A stretch of DNA of 64,000 nucleotides from Podarcis vaucheri (Eukaryota), in NCBI GenBank assembly GCA_965113315.1, contig OZ220363.1; one strand, 5' to 3'. The position numbers were made by a program, and so were the translations under genes. This document shows positions 25,480 to 36,209 of the stretch, in pieces. Numbering within the stretch: position 1 is the first letter of the stretch; each line of letters starts with the position of its first letter. The notes under the pieces were generated by a model that worked only from the letters and a program-made list of their open reading frames with translations, did not search any database and was not told the origin of the DNA.

Positions 25480-27290
25480 GCATTGCCTTCAAAAGGAAGC
25501 TCCAGAATCTGGATGCAGATGTTAAGAAGCTCTCTCCCTGTTCCCAACTAGGCATACTTCTAGGTACATAAGGACTCACCAAATTATCCAGTGACAGTTT
25601 TTGTAGGTGGTCATGCTCTTTTGGGAGAAGGCAGCTCTTCAAACTGCTCCCAAATCACAAACAGCTTGAAAGGTCATCAGCAGTGCTTTAAATTGTTTCT
25701 GGAAACAAATTAGAAGCCAGCGGAACCACTTCAATCAGGGAGTCACTGGAACAGTTGTAATTTCCAAGAACTCATCAAAATACATCCCTACACAAGAGCA
25801 AATCGCAGCAATCCAGATGTGATGTAAGTAAGGCATGTGTTACCATGGTCAGGTCTGCTATCTGCAAGAGCTAACATAGTTTGTGCACCAGCCAAAGATA
25901 TGCAAAGGGACTCCTGTCCATAGCTAGTATCTACCCACCCAAGGTCAAAGTTGGATCCAGAAGAACTACAAGCCTATATTTTCAAGGGAAAGTAATCCTA
26001 TACATTACTGTTTGAACCCCTATTTCTGGACCAGCTTTAGTAGCCAGGAACACCTCTCTATTCACTTTGTTTGCCCAAATCCAGGTTATTTCAACCTCCC
26101 AGCATTGGTTTAGGATCTCTACAGCTTCCCTTTAATGAGTTGGCAAGCAGAAATTGAACTAGGTGTCTTCCATATACTGATTATATTGAACTCCCAAATC
26201 CCTTGATGATTTCTCTCAAAAAATTCCCGTAAACAAACAACATAGGGAACAGAGACTGAACTCTCAGAACTCTTGGGCCAATGGCCAAAGCTTCAAAATG
26301 GAGTGCCTCTAGCTCCATCTTCTGGGACCATGCCAAGAAGGACCAGAGCCACCATAGCATCACGTCCCATCCTCAACAACCAGTCCAGAAAGATACCATG
26401 GATAATGGTTCTTGACAGCCACCAAGTAGTCCATCATAGTCACCGGGCATACACTTCTCTTATCCTATTCCTGGCATAATCAGAAAAGTGACCAAGGCTG
26501 TTTCCATACCAAAATTGGTTCTAAGACCAGATGAAAATGGATCAAGACATTTAGATACTAGATCTGAAAGGCCGGTATGTGCTTTGCCTTCCGATGGAAT
26601 ATTACAAGATTGGGTGGAACTTCTCCAATATGATCAGATTAAGGGAGGGGTTTTCAACCACCACCTCTTTCAAACTTTTGGGGACCGCAGCTTTCCAGGA
26701 GGAGGCATTCACTATGCTACTACCCACTCCTCCAGCAGCTCTTATTAGCTTAGATGGGTAAGAGCTGGGTGAATATATTGTTAGAATTCCTGCTCCATGA
26801 TTGCAGTCATGGGATTGTTGTCTTTCAAAAGACGGTATATGTTTTGACTCCACAGAGTGGGAAGTGACGGAGACAGGATGTTTGTGTTACTGTGTTCCGT
26901 GAAGGGGAACTATTGTCCTCTGTTCTTTCTCTTTGCTGTCTGATGCTAGAGAAAGAGGGAGGCATGTTGCAGTGCTCCATGAGTGTTTATATGTAAATAA
27001 AGTAGATTAGCCAAAATGCTGAGGTCTGTTCTGCAAGCTGCGAAAACTCTGAGGATTGCTAAGTGTGCCGATGTCTGTTGGCATCAGTTGCTGTGATGTT
27101 CGGGCAGAAGAAACTTTTAAGCTCCCAAACGATCGACCAGGAGGGAGGAAACATGCCAGTCTCTTCCAGGGTCCTACTGGAGTGTAGGACGAGCTCCTGA
27201 TACATATGACTGGCCTCATCTCACCTGGAAATCTTCATATCCTAAGGCTTCATAAATTGGGACATATTCAACATGACAAGGATGCGCCAA
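25480..27290 (-). mobile_element. Decayed L2-like LINE ORF2 (reverse transcriptase), interrupted by a solo-LTR-like insert
   Basis: Minus-strand peptides RPVIYSPSSYPSKLI, IVNASSWKAAVPKSLKEVVV, LDPFSSGLRTNFGMETALV, PMLFVYGNFLREIIKGFG and QYMEDT resemble L2/CR1 RT motifs (LDPxQSGFR..HxTETAL; SPxLFNIY; QYADDT) in the correct order. Confidence 0.85.
26779..27204 (+). mobile_element. Probable solo LTR (~426 bp)
   Basis: TGT...ACA termini, internal AATAAA at ~26996, (A)TAT duplication at the flanks; its removal rejoins the L2 reading frame. Confidence 0.7.
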
Positions 27291-28570
27291 AAATATACCT
27301 GCTGATATTGCTCTAGCTGCACCTAAGTCAGAACAAGTATGAGTGTTTATCTGCAAAAGTGGTCACAGTGAGATACCAAGCAATCCTCCTTGAGGGCCAA
27401 GATGTAAACAGGAGCCTCAGACTCTGAAGAAAGGTAATGGTAACTAAAACATCCTAAATAGCCTGCTCCTGTGCACATTTACTCAGCAGCGCATTCAATC
27501 CACTTTTAGCTTCATTTCTTCCAGAAATATTTTATTAAGGCAAATCTCCAATTTCTACTTTTTCAGACAAAGCTTAATAGTTAAGCATTAAGAAGGACAG
27601 ACAGAATGTAAATATAATCTGATACATGTATATTGTCATCTGATGAATTTCAATAAGCTGCATTAAGTTACACTGGCCATTTTTGTCTACTTTATGCATT
27701 CTTCTTTGCTTCAAACAACAAATCTATGCATTTTTAAAAAAGAAAGAAAGCATAGACTAGGAATCAGGCCTTCAAGTGCAAACGCTTTGCATCACAGTTG
27801 GAAATGGATGCAATAAAACAACTTCACTCAACACAATTAATAGCTGGAATACAAAGAATCAATTAAAAAAATTAAATGTGCATAAGAGCTTGTGTATACC
27901 CAATGGGGTGTCTCACTTTTTCCTGAGAGCATCACTTGTACTGTATTGGAGGATGCTTATGATACAGCCCTGAATTTTAGCATACTTATCAATTATCATA
28001 GGGAACACTGCTGTTGGGAGAAGAAATTCAGAAGCCAAGATAGATGCAATTTCCTGCACCTCTGACAATATTACTTCTTGAGTCTCCTTAGTAGCAGAGC
28101 TTTTAAGGAAATCACACCAATATGCAATGCATAATATGCATTCAGCTACAGATGGGAATATCTGTCGATGACTGTTGGTAGCAGATAACAGAATTAGATA
28201 CAAAATTTATTTATTATGTTTATATAATCTTCTCCCTAAAGAGTTGAGGCTGGCTTTGAACCAGGAACTCTGGAATACAATTTTGTACAAAACTTGTTGC
28301 ATGGTTGTCTGGCAGGTTATATTATTTAGGATACTAAATACTGTATAGCAAACAAGAGTTCGAAGTGCAGAATACAGCTTGGTATACAACCTAAAGGGCC
28401 TTTTAAATGGTACCATTTTAAAACCTATGCAAAAGCATCCTCAACAACATACTAGGCTTTACATAGCTTCCAGATTATTCTCAGGAACTGGCATCGCCCT
28501 TGTTACTTCATCTGCGAATTAATTGTTTTTGTTTCCAGAGCAGGGGCTCAAAAGCTTCACAGCAGACATA

Positions 28571-28769
28571 CAGTGGTACGTCTAGTTAAGAACTTAATTT
28601 GTCCCGGAGGTCCGTTCTTAACCTGAAACTGTTCTTAACCTGAGGTACCACTTTAGCTGCCGCCACGCGATTTCTGTTCTCATCCTGAGGTAAAGTTCTT
28701 AACCTGAGGTACTACTTCTGGGTTAGCGGAGTCTGTAACATGAAGCGTTTGTAACCCGAGGTACCACTG
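28571..28769 (-). mobile_element. Tc1/mariner MITE (CAGTGGTACCT family), internally deleted
   Basis: TA|CAGTGGTACG...CCCGAGGTACCACTG|TA; opposite orientation to the 8474 copy. Confidence 0.9.
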
Positions 28770-31700
28770 TATAACATTTTTTAAATCCAATTTATGAAGA
28801 TAATCCAATGGGCTTCCTGAAAATGTGCCAGCTGGTAAGATTAACTCTGTTAATGAAGAAGGTGGTAGCAAGTCCATGTAAACCAGAGCAAAAAGCTCTG
28901 GAGAAACAGATACTAACCCCCAGACACGGATCGATTCCCAAACATTCCACTGACTTGCCCAAAGTGGCTCTATGTTGGTTGTAATTCTTGAACCTTTTCA
29001 ACATATGGATTGCCTTGGTCACATAGACTCACTCTCCACACAAGCAACCATGTGGAGCATGGACCACATTCCTTGTGCGGAAGCTTCTCAGATCAAGTAG
29101 ATCCACGTGCTCAGTGGGTTTTCAAATTTTCTGGCACCTTAAGGGAGCAGCTTATACCCACACAGAGAAGAGACTGCTTTAAATGGTTCTGTGCAATGGC
29201 TCAAGGCTCCAATTCTGATTCTCCAGCCCACGCTATATCATGCTGTTTGTACCACATTTTGGCCTCAAAGTAGGTAAGGAGGTATATTTGTTATTCAATA
29301 AACAAACCTTATTAATGATTATGATGATGATAGAATAATGTCTGTAACATTTTCTTCCCCAAGGGAACATGAGCTTCCCTTTCTGGTTTAACTTTACAAA
29401 TGGCAGCTTTTCAAAGTAGAATGACTATGAACTACAAAGGCTCTTGTTACTCTGCCCTGGCAGTGGCTTACTTCATCCATTTACTTTCTTCTCTGGCCTT
29501 ACACGATCCCCTAAAACAAAGGAAGGAAGGCAAGTGCTCCTTCCCTCCTGCATGGCTGGCCTTTCTCTTTGTCCAAGAGGAAAAGTGACAGACCTAACCT
29601 ACTTTTACTCTACAGCTTTTCCACATGGGGCATCAATTATAATATAGAATCTGTCCATTAAACATCAGCCTCTCTCTTTCAAAGGGGGGGGGAGGGATAT
29701 CCACTTTAGAAATGTGTAAATTTGCACTGTGCCCATTTATATATTTTTAAAAAATACTTCTCAGCATCAGAAAGCATGTTAATTGTAGTAAAATGAACAA
29801 TACTGAAGTTGTTTGAAGACAGAATTAAATTTAATGAAATTCACAAACAACCCCTTTTAAGAAAGTAACAACATTTTTTGAACATTAAAGAGAAGCTCAT
29901 TATATCAAGACAACTCCAATGTAAAAGGCAGCCCAACTTCAATCGCTGCATATCTGCATGTTAATGAACTTGCTGTGTGCAGCAGGGACTGAGCTGAGCA
30001 AGTATGGAGAAGACTGTCTTAAAGCACACAGTGCACTCTGAAAAGGGGGAAAAACACGCCACCTTTAATCAATAGAACACCTTTTCACTGGTACCTTAAT
30101 AGCAACTGAAATGATTTCAAACGCAACACAAAAGGAAGATGATACTTAGTAAAGGTTTCTTTAAGACATAACATTTCTTGCACATTCCTTCAGCGTTCAC
30201 ATGCTGTCAGCATCACTGTGGCAAAGACTTTCAAGTTTCGGCAGACAGATACCGCCTAGTACAAAGTCTTTGTCATAATAATTTCATTGCAGTGCCCTGA
30301 TCAAACATCTAGACAAATCTGAGACTGAAAAGTGAGAGCTAACCAGTGACCTTTGATTATAACCACCAGCACCAGTTTTAATAAAATGCCTCATTCATTG
30401 CTTTCTGCTGCCAACAAGGAAGGTGTGTTAGAGCCTCAGAAAAATGAAGTCAATATACCATTTACACCCATATAATGATTCCTATTATTCACAGCTGGAC
30501 TTTGTGAATGTACCAAGTGAAACACAGAGATCTTAAAATAGCAAATAAAAAAACCATACAAACAGAATGTTCCACCTTGAAAATAAATACAGGTCTCAAA
30601 TACAGTTGTCTCATTCTCTGGTTTGCCTGCTACTGGCTTTCATGTCATGTAATAATCTTCCTTCCCAAACTTTACTTGCACACTGTTTGTATTTGTTACC
30701 ACTTCTGCAGGTCTGCAGACAAGGGGGGGGGCGAGTTTTCAGGGTCATGAGACTCCTTTGATTAATGAACAGTACACTATTCAAACATACCATCTACTCA
30801 AAAGTTAGAGAGCTGTTTTCAGCTGGACTTCCTAACATCGTCACCACCGTTTTATGCTTTATTCTAAAAAATAGAAATAATAAGACTTTTGGGCTTTGGA
30901 AGCAATTTCAGGATAGTTTTCTGCCTTCTACGTACAAACAGCTGTTGTCAAGCACAATGCTCCAAGGAGATACAATTAGAGCCAGTCTCACATATTTGTT
31001 GGTTAGCATATCAGGCAAAGGAAGAGGAAAGCCGGCCTTAGCACATTTATTTCCCACTTGAAAAGGAAAAAAGTATTACGCAGGGTAATAAATATTCAAA
31101 TGACTTTGCACCATCGAGCGACCATATCAAGCTAATGATCTGTAGTCTGGAGCCCTATATAAAATGAAGAAGCCTTCCGTCACCTAGAGGTGTTGCTGTA
31201 AACACGGTGGGGGGAATCGGCTCCTCTCAGTATGTGTGCGCACAACTCCACTTTATGTTGTTTTCAAGAAGGGGATATATTGCTGAGTAGTACAGCCAAA
31301 AAAGTTCTTGTCTTGTTTTGGTTTTTGCTTTATTTTTTAAAAAAGAAGATGAAAGAAATGGTGGGAAGACATTCAGAGGCAAGAATAAAAAGACACGTTT
31401 AAATTTTTTGTAGCATTTTTTATACTTAAAAAAATAATAATCCAACAGAAGTTAAGAGATTCAAGATCTCACTGACTGTTGAACTAATTGGAAGCAGGAA
31501 AGAGCTGCTGACGTCCTTTTGATGGGAACTAGGCTGAGCTGGCTGAGCAGGAATACCACTAGGAACAGGGCTACCAAAAGGCTATAGTTGATATTTGCGG
31601 GCTTTTCCACATAATCAGCATTTACATTTTAAAAAGTGAGCTAGTTATTCTTTTGTTGTAAGCAATCTGCGTATCTTTCTTCAAAACTGAGCTACTTTTC

Positions 31701-31842
31701 TGAAAGCGCTGCAACCATACAGTATTTTGTAACTGCAGAAGATGTGTATAGGAGAAGCGCTGGGAAAGGCACATACAGTTACCACTATAATCTTCCCTAC
31801 ACCCAAAGTTTTTGTGTCCCGCCAGCAATGTGTACATTGACA

Positions 31843-31952
31843 CAGGGAATATCCAGCTGGTGACAAGACTCTTGGGCACTACACACAAGTAGTGTATTTG
31901 TCGCTAGTGGAACTAAATGCACAAGAGTCATACACCAGCTGGATATTCCCTG
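31843..31952. repeat. 110-bp fold-back with perfect 20-bp terminal inverted repeats (MITE-like)
   Basis: CAGGGAATATCCAGCTGGTG (31843-31862) / CACCAGCTGGATATTCCCTG (31933-31952), plus inner GACTCTTGGGCA/TGCACAAGAGTC. Confidence 0.85.
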
Positions 31953-32979
31953 CCATGCCAACTACTGTCATTTTAAAAACCATTTCTTTGAACTGCTTAC
32001 TGTGGTACAGAGAAGCCCTAGGCAAGGTGGCTGCTTCTATCAAAAGCAGATATGGGGTCGCACTGGGTGCTGAGCCTCCAGGGTGCCACGACGGGTGTCA
32101 AAACCATGACATCCAATGGAAGGTGAGAGGTAGGGAAGTGCCAGATTTTGGCGCTGCACACAGCACCGTTGAAATTTGAGGTGCCATGATTCACCACTGC
32201 TACTATCTTCCTTATCAGCAATGTCCCTGGGCCCTCAGTGGACTGTATCCAAGGACTGAACTTGGAACTTTGTTCACATAGCGCCTTTTGCTTCATTCTG
32301 GGCTTCCAAGCTGAATTTCCAGACTAAATTTATGTCCTGGAAAAGTAGTGTGGTACAATTATCATCCCCATCTGACAAAGCAGGAGGAGAACGCTTATGG
32401 ACCAGTATCTGTTTGACCAGTAGAACATTTAATTCCTTGCCCACATCTTGCAAATTGTCTTAAGGCCACAGCTTTCCATATCAAGAACAAGGAGTCAGAA
32501 ATCACAAGCAGTAATTTAAGAATAACTTTGGCTCATAATAGTCATCCAGTTTTTGGTCTTCCAGCCAAAATCCTCAAGGTACCACAAAGTATTTAGAATG
32601 AAAAATATAACCAAACTTAGAACTATTAGATATATCCGCCCCCCCAAAAAAAAAAACCATTATAAAGTAGAACAAGAAATGTCCCATCAGCACAAAGGAT
32701 TCATTAAATCCTATAACTGTCTCCTGTTAAAGATGTGCCAGCCCCCTTCACACATGAACAAACAAATCCCACTGCAGCCAACCAAAGATAATCAACCACA
32801 CCCTAGGCCACCCCAACGTCTCTCACCACCAAGGAAACATAACAAGCAAACAGAAAGAGAACTTTCTCAAGTGATGCTGACACAAAAAACCCATGCATAC
32901 ATTAAGTAAAGAACATAAGCTTTACAACCCCAACTGCTCTTCTGCTGTCTCCCCCCCTCCTTTTATTCCCAACCCTATA

Positions 32980-33334
32980 GGACGCGGGTGGCGCTGTGGT
33001 CTAAACTACAGAGCCTAGGACTTGCCGATCAGAAGGTCGGCGGTTCGAATCCCCACAACAGGATGAGCTCCCATTGCTCGGTCCCAGTTCCTGCCAACTA
33101 GCAGTTCGAAAGCACGTCAGAGTGCAAGTAGGTAAATAGGTACCACTCTGGCGGGAAGGTAAACGGCATTTCTGTGCACTGCTCTGGTTCACCAGAAGCG
33201 GCTTAGTCATGCTGGCCACATGACCCAGAAGTTGTATGCTGGCTCCCTTAGCCAATATAGCGAGATGAGTACCGCAACCCCAGAGTCGTCCGGGACTGGA
33301 CCTTATGGTCAGGGTTACCTTTACCTTTACCTTT
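32980..33334 (+). mobile_element. Full-length Sauria SINE (lacertid type)
   Basis: tRNA-related head GGACGCGGGTGGCGCTGTGG...GGTTCGAATCCC (A/B boxes), body AGCAGTTCGAAAGCACG...CGGGAAGGTAAACGGC, and (ACCTTT)n tail. Confidence 0.95.
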
Positions 33335-34621
33335 TATATTGGATATAAAACCAATGTCTCACAACAAATGTAACTGATCTGTAGAAAATACAACCTGAAG
33401 AAAGAGACAATGCTTGTGTTTTTGTAAACGAGGAAAATCTTTAATAAAAATTATATTTAAAAAAAAAGATGTGCCAGCCAGTTACTCACCCTTCCCAAAC
33501 AAGAGTCATAACATCCATCCCACATGTGGTTTGGAAGATGCCACACACAGCGCACCTCAAATCCTCCTTGTTAATTTGGCATTTGCTGCTAAAAATTCTA
33601 AATGGACTTGGTCCACTAACTAAAACAATTACAAATTGCCTATTATAAGTGATATGGGGGGGGGGGTTGTGGTAATAAATAATCAGCAACTTTTGCAATG
33701 TTGTTTAGTTCAAGGTGATTAGTGTGCAATTAGCACTCTCTTTTGCCCTTGCTCTATATCTGAATTCAATTCAGAAAATACATTTCTAACTACAGTACTA
33801 CCAGACTGCCTGCCTAGATCACTGTAATATTGGCCTCCTTGACAAATCAAAACACTGCCTGGAGAGCTACCCAGGATTTACATTTCTACAGATTACACAG
33901 AAGCAAAGATAAATCCCACAGGACATCTTAAAATCAAACTGCAGCAGCTTATTCTGATTGGACGAGTTCAGATGTTTCTGGAAGACACAACCTTTTCATT
34001 CTATTCCTGCTGCTCAGCTCTCTCAAACTTCTCTACTTGAAGACTGTAGCGCAGTGTAACATTATGACAGCACCCACAGCCACACATCCAAAAGAGAAAA
34101 AAATGCAGGGAGTTGTGTTGACCCTAGATATAGACCACACAGTACACATAATACCCGATTTATTGTAGCGAACAATACAGCCACAGCACACGCTGTAACT
34201 CTCCAAAGGTTTTACTTCACCCCTGAAGGCACACTCTTCCATTCTCTCCAAAGACAATGTAAACAACAACAATTTGAAACAGTATGCAGTTTCCTGGAAG
34301 TAAGTGTTACTATTTAAACTGATAGTATGAAGAAACTCCATCGATGAAAAGTAAAGTAGTATCTAGCATTTGCTCAATTTCCTCTCTCTCTCCAATTTCA
34401 TTTGAGACAAACAAACCTGAAAGCTTCATTTACCAGAGCAAGAAGATCAGTAATCTACATGAAGCCTGAAATAAACGGCTGGAGTTAGGCTCCCCAGCAT
34501 TCCCACTCCACTCTAGACCACTGCTTGAATGCCTCTGAGGGCCCCGCTCTGTGCTATCTCTTTCTGTCTCTTTCCCTTCAATCCCATGGTGTGGTTGGGG
34601 AAGCTTGAAAGAGTAGGACAC

Positions 34622-34719
34622 AATCCATCTGGTGCCCCCTCCAGATGTGTTGGACTACATCATGAATGATGAAATTTATAGTCAAAAACATCTGAAGGGC
34701 ACCAGATTGGGTAAGGCTG
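34622..34719. mobile_element. hAT-like fold-back MITE, internally deleted
   Basis: ATCTGGTGCCCCCTCCAGATGTGTTGGACTAC...TAGTCAAAAACATCTGAAGGGCACCAGAT inverted arms. Confidence 0.7.
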
Positions 34720-35805
34720 CTTTACATTATGCTCCCAAACTGCACTTTTTTAATTTAAAAAACAAACAATTTTTATTGTTTTTTAAACAAATAAAAATAC
34801 AATAACTATCAAACACTTCTCCAGCATTCCACATTAATTGTGATCTCTTTCAATTTGTTTTCCAAGCACTCAGTTTGAGTCAAAACCCGATGTCACACGT
34901 GCCTGCTATTTTCAGCATGCAACTTATTTTAACAACACATGTTAATCATTGAAATACATAACAGACCTTTAAGCCAGACTACATAAAACAGTGTATCTGT
35001 CATATAACAGTGAATGTTCTCTATTTTCAACTCCATTCACAATTTAATGAAATTAATGTATTTATTTGGTTACTTTCATCACAACTTTAAAAGGTAGGAC
35101 TCTATCCCAAAATAAACCCCTCATACATCAATATTTGAAAGGACATTTTTATTCAACCAAAGATGGTTTGACCTTTTTGTCTGAAGAAATATTTATGTCT
35201 TGATTCCAGCATGATACATGTCAATGCTGGTTTATTCTTCCAGTAAGCATCATGATTTATAACATTTATTGCCACTCCTCAAAGCATACAGTTATTAGCA
35301 TTGTAAAGTTAACTCTGATAAAAGCCACTAACACTTCAATCCCACCCGTGTCTACTCAGAAGTAATCCTATGGAATTCAGTGACACTTGTGAAGAAAGAA
35401 GCCCCATCCTTATAGCACTGCTTTGCAAAGTATACCACCCTTTGTGCCTATAGCTCCCAGGGGGGAGGGAATTCTGGGGCTCTTGGGCCAACTCTTAAAC
35501 ATAGGCCCCATGACAGCATCTAGTTATTTTAATCATCCCCCTTGCTTTTCCCTGCCAAGATCCCTATCCATTTTCAAGGGGAGAAGAGCCTGCACCCGAC
35601 TCTCTGTCTCTCCCAGAGATCTAAGCAGCCTGTTTTCCTCTGTCAACCCTCATTCTATAGCTTTGTAGCATAAACCAAGGGTCTTAGGCTCATGGGAGGG
35701 TTTTCTTCAACCCTGTGAGTTGGCAGTAAAGCCAGTTTGTTAAATATATAACATCTCTTAGGGATGAAAAGCGCAAGGGAGAGAGCAAAGGGACAAAACA
35801 GACTA

Positions 35806-36047
35806 CAGTGGTACCTCAGGTGAAGAACTTAATTCGTTTCGGAGGTCCGTTCTTAACCTGAAACTGTTCTTAACCTGAAGCACCACTTTAGCTAATGGGG
35901 CCTCCTGCTGCTGCCACGCTGCTGCCACGCAATTTCTGTTCTCATGCTGAAGCAAAGTTCTTAACCTGAGGTACTATTTCTGGGTTAGTGGAGTCTGTAA
36001 CCTGAAGAGTCTATAACATGAAGTGTCTGTAACCCGAGATACCACTG
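35806..36047 (-). mobile_element. Tc1/mariner MITE (CAGTGGTACCT family)
   Basis: TA|CAGTGGTACCTCAGG...CCCGAGATACCACTG|TA, 242 bp. Confidence 0.92.
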
Positions 36048-36092
36048 TATTGAAACAAGAGTTTGAAAATAAAAGGAGCTCTTACATCTCAA

Positions 36093-36209
36093 CATGGACG
36101 TAGCCAGGATTTTTGTTAGGGGGAGCAGGCCCCCAGTTAGCTATGTATTTTTATTGAATTTTATTGATGGGGGGCAGCTGCCCCTCCCTGCCCCTCGGCT
36201 ACGCCCATG
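36093..36209. mobile_element. hAT-type MITE (117 bp)
   Basis: TIRs CATGGACGTAGCC / GGCTACGCCCATG (12/13); 8-bp flanks CATCTCAA / CATTTCCA (6/8), consistent with a hAT target duplication. Confidence 0.75.

Noticed and set aside
27913-28203. 96-aa minus-strand ORF
   Set aside because: Non-ATG start, no splice signals or recognisable homology; within chance expectation.
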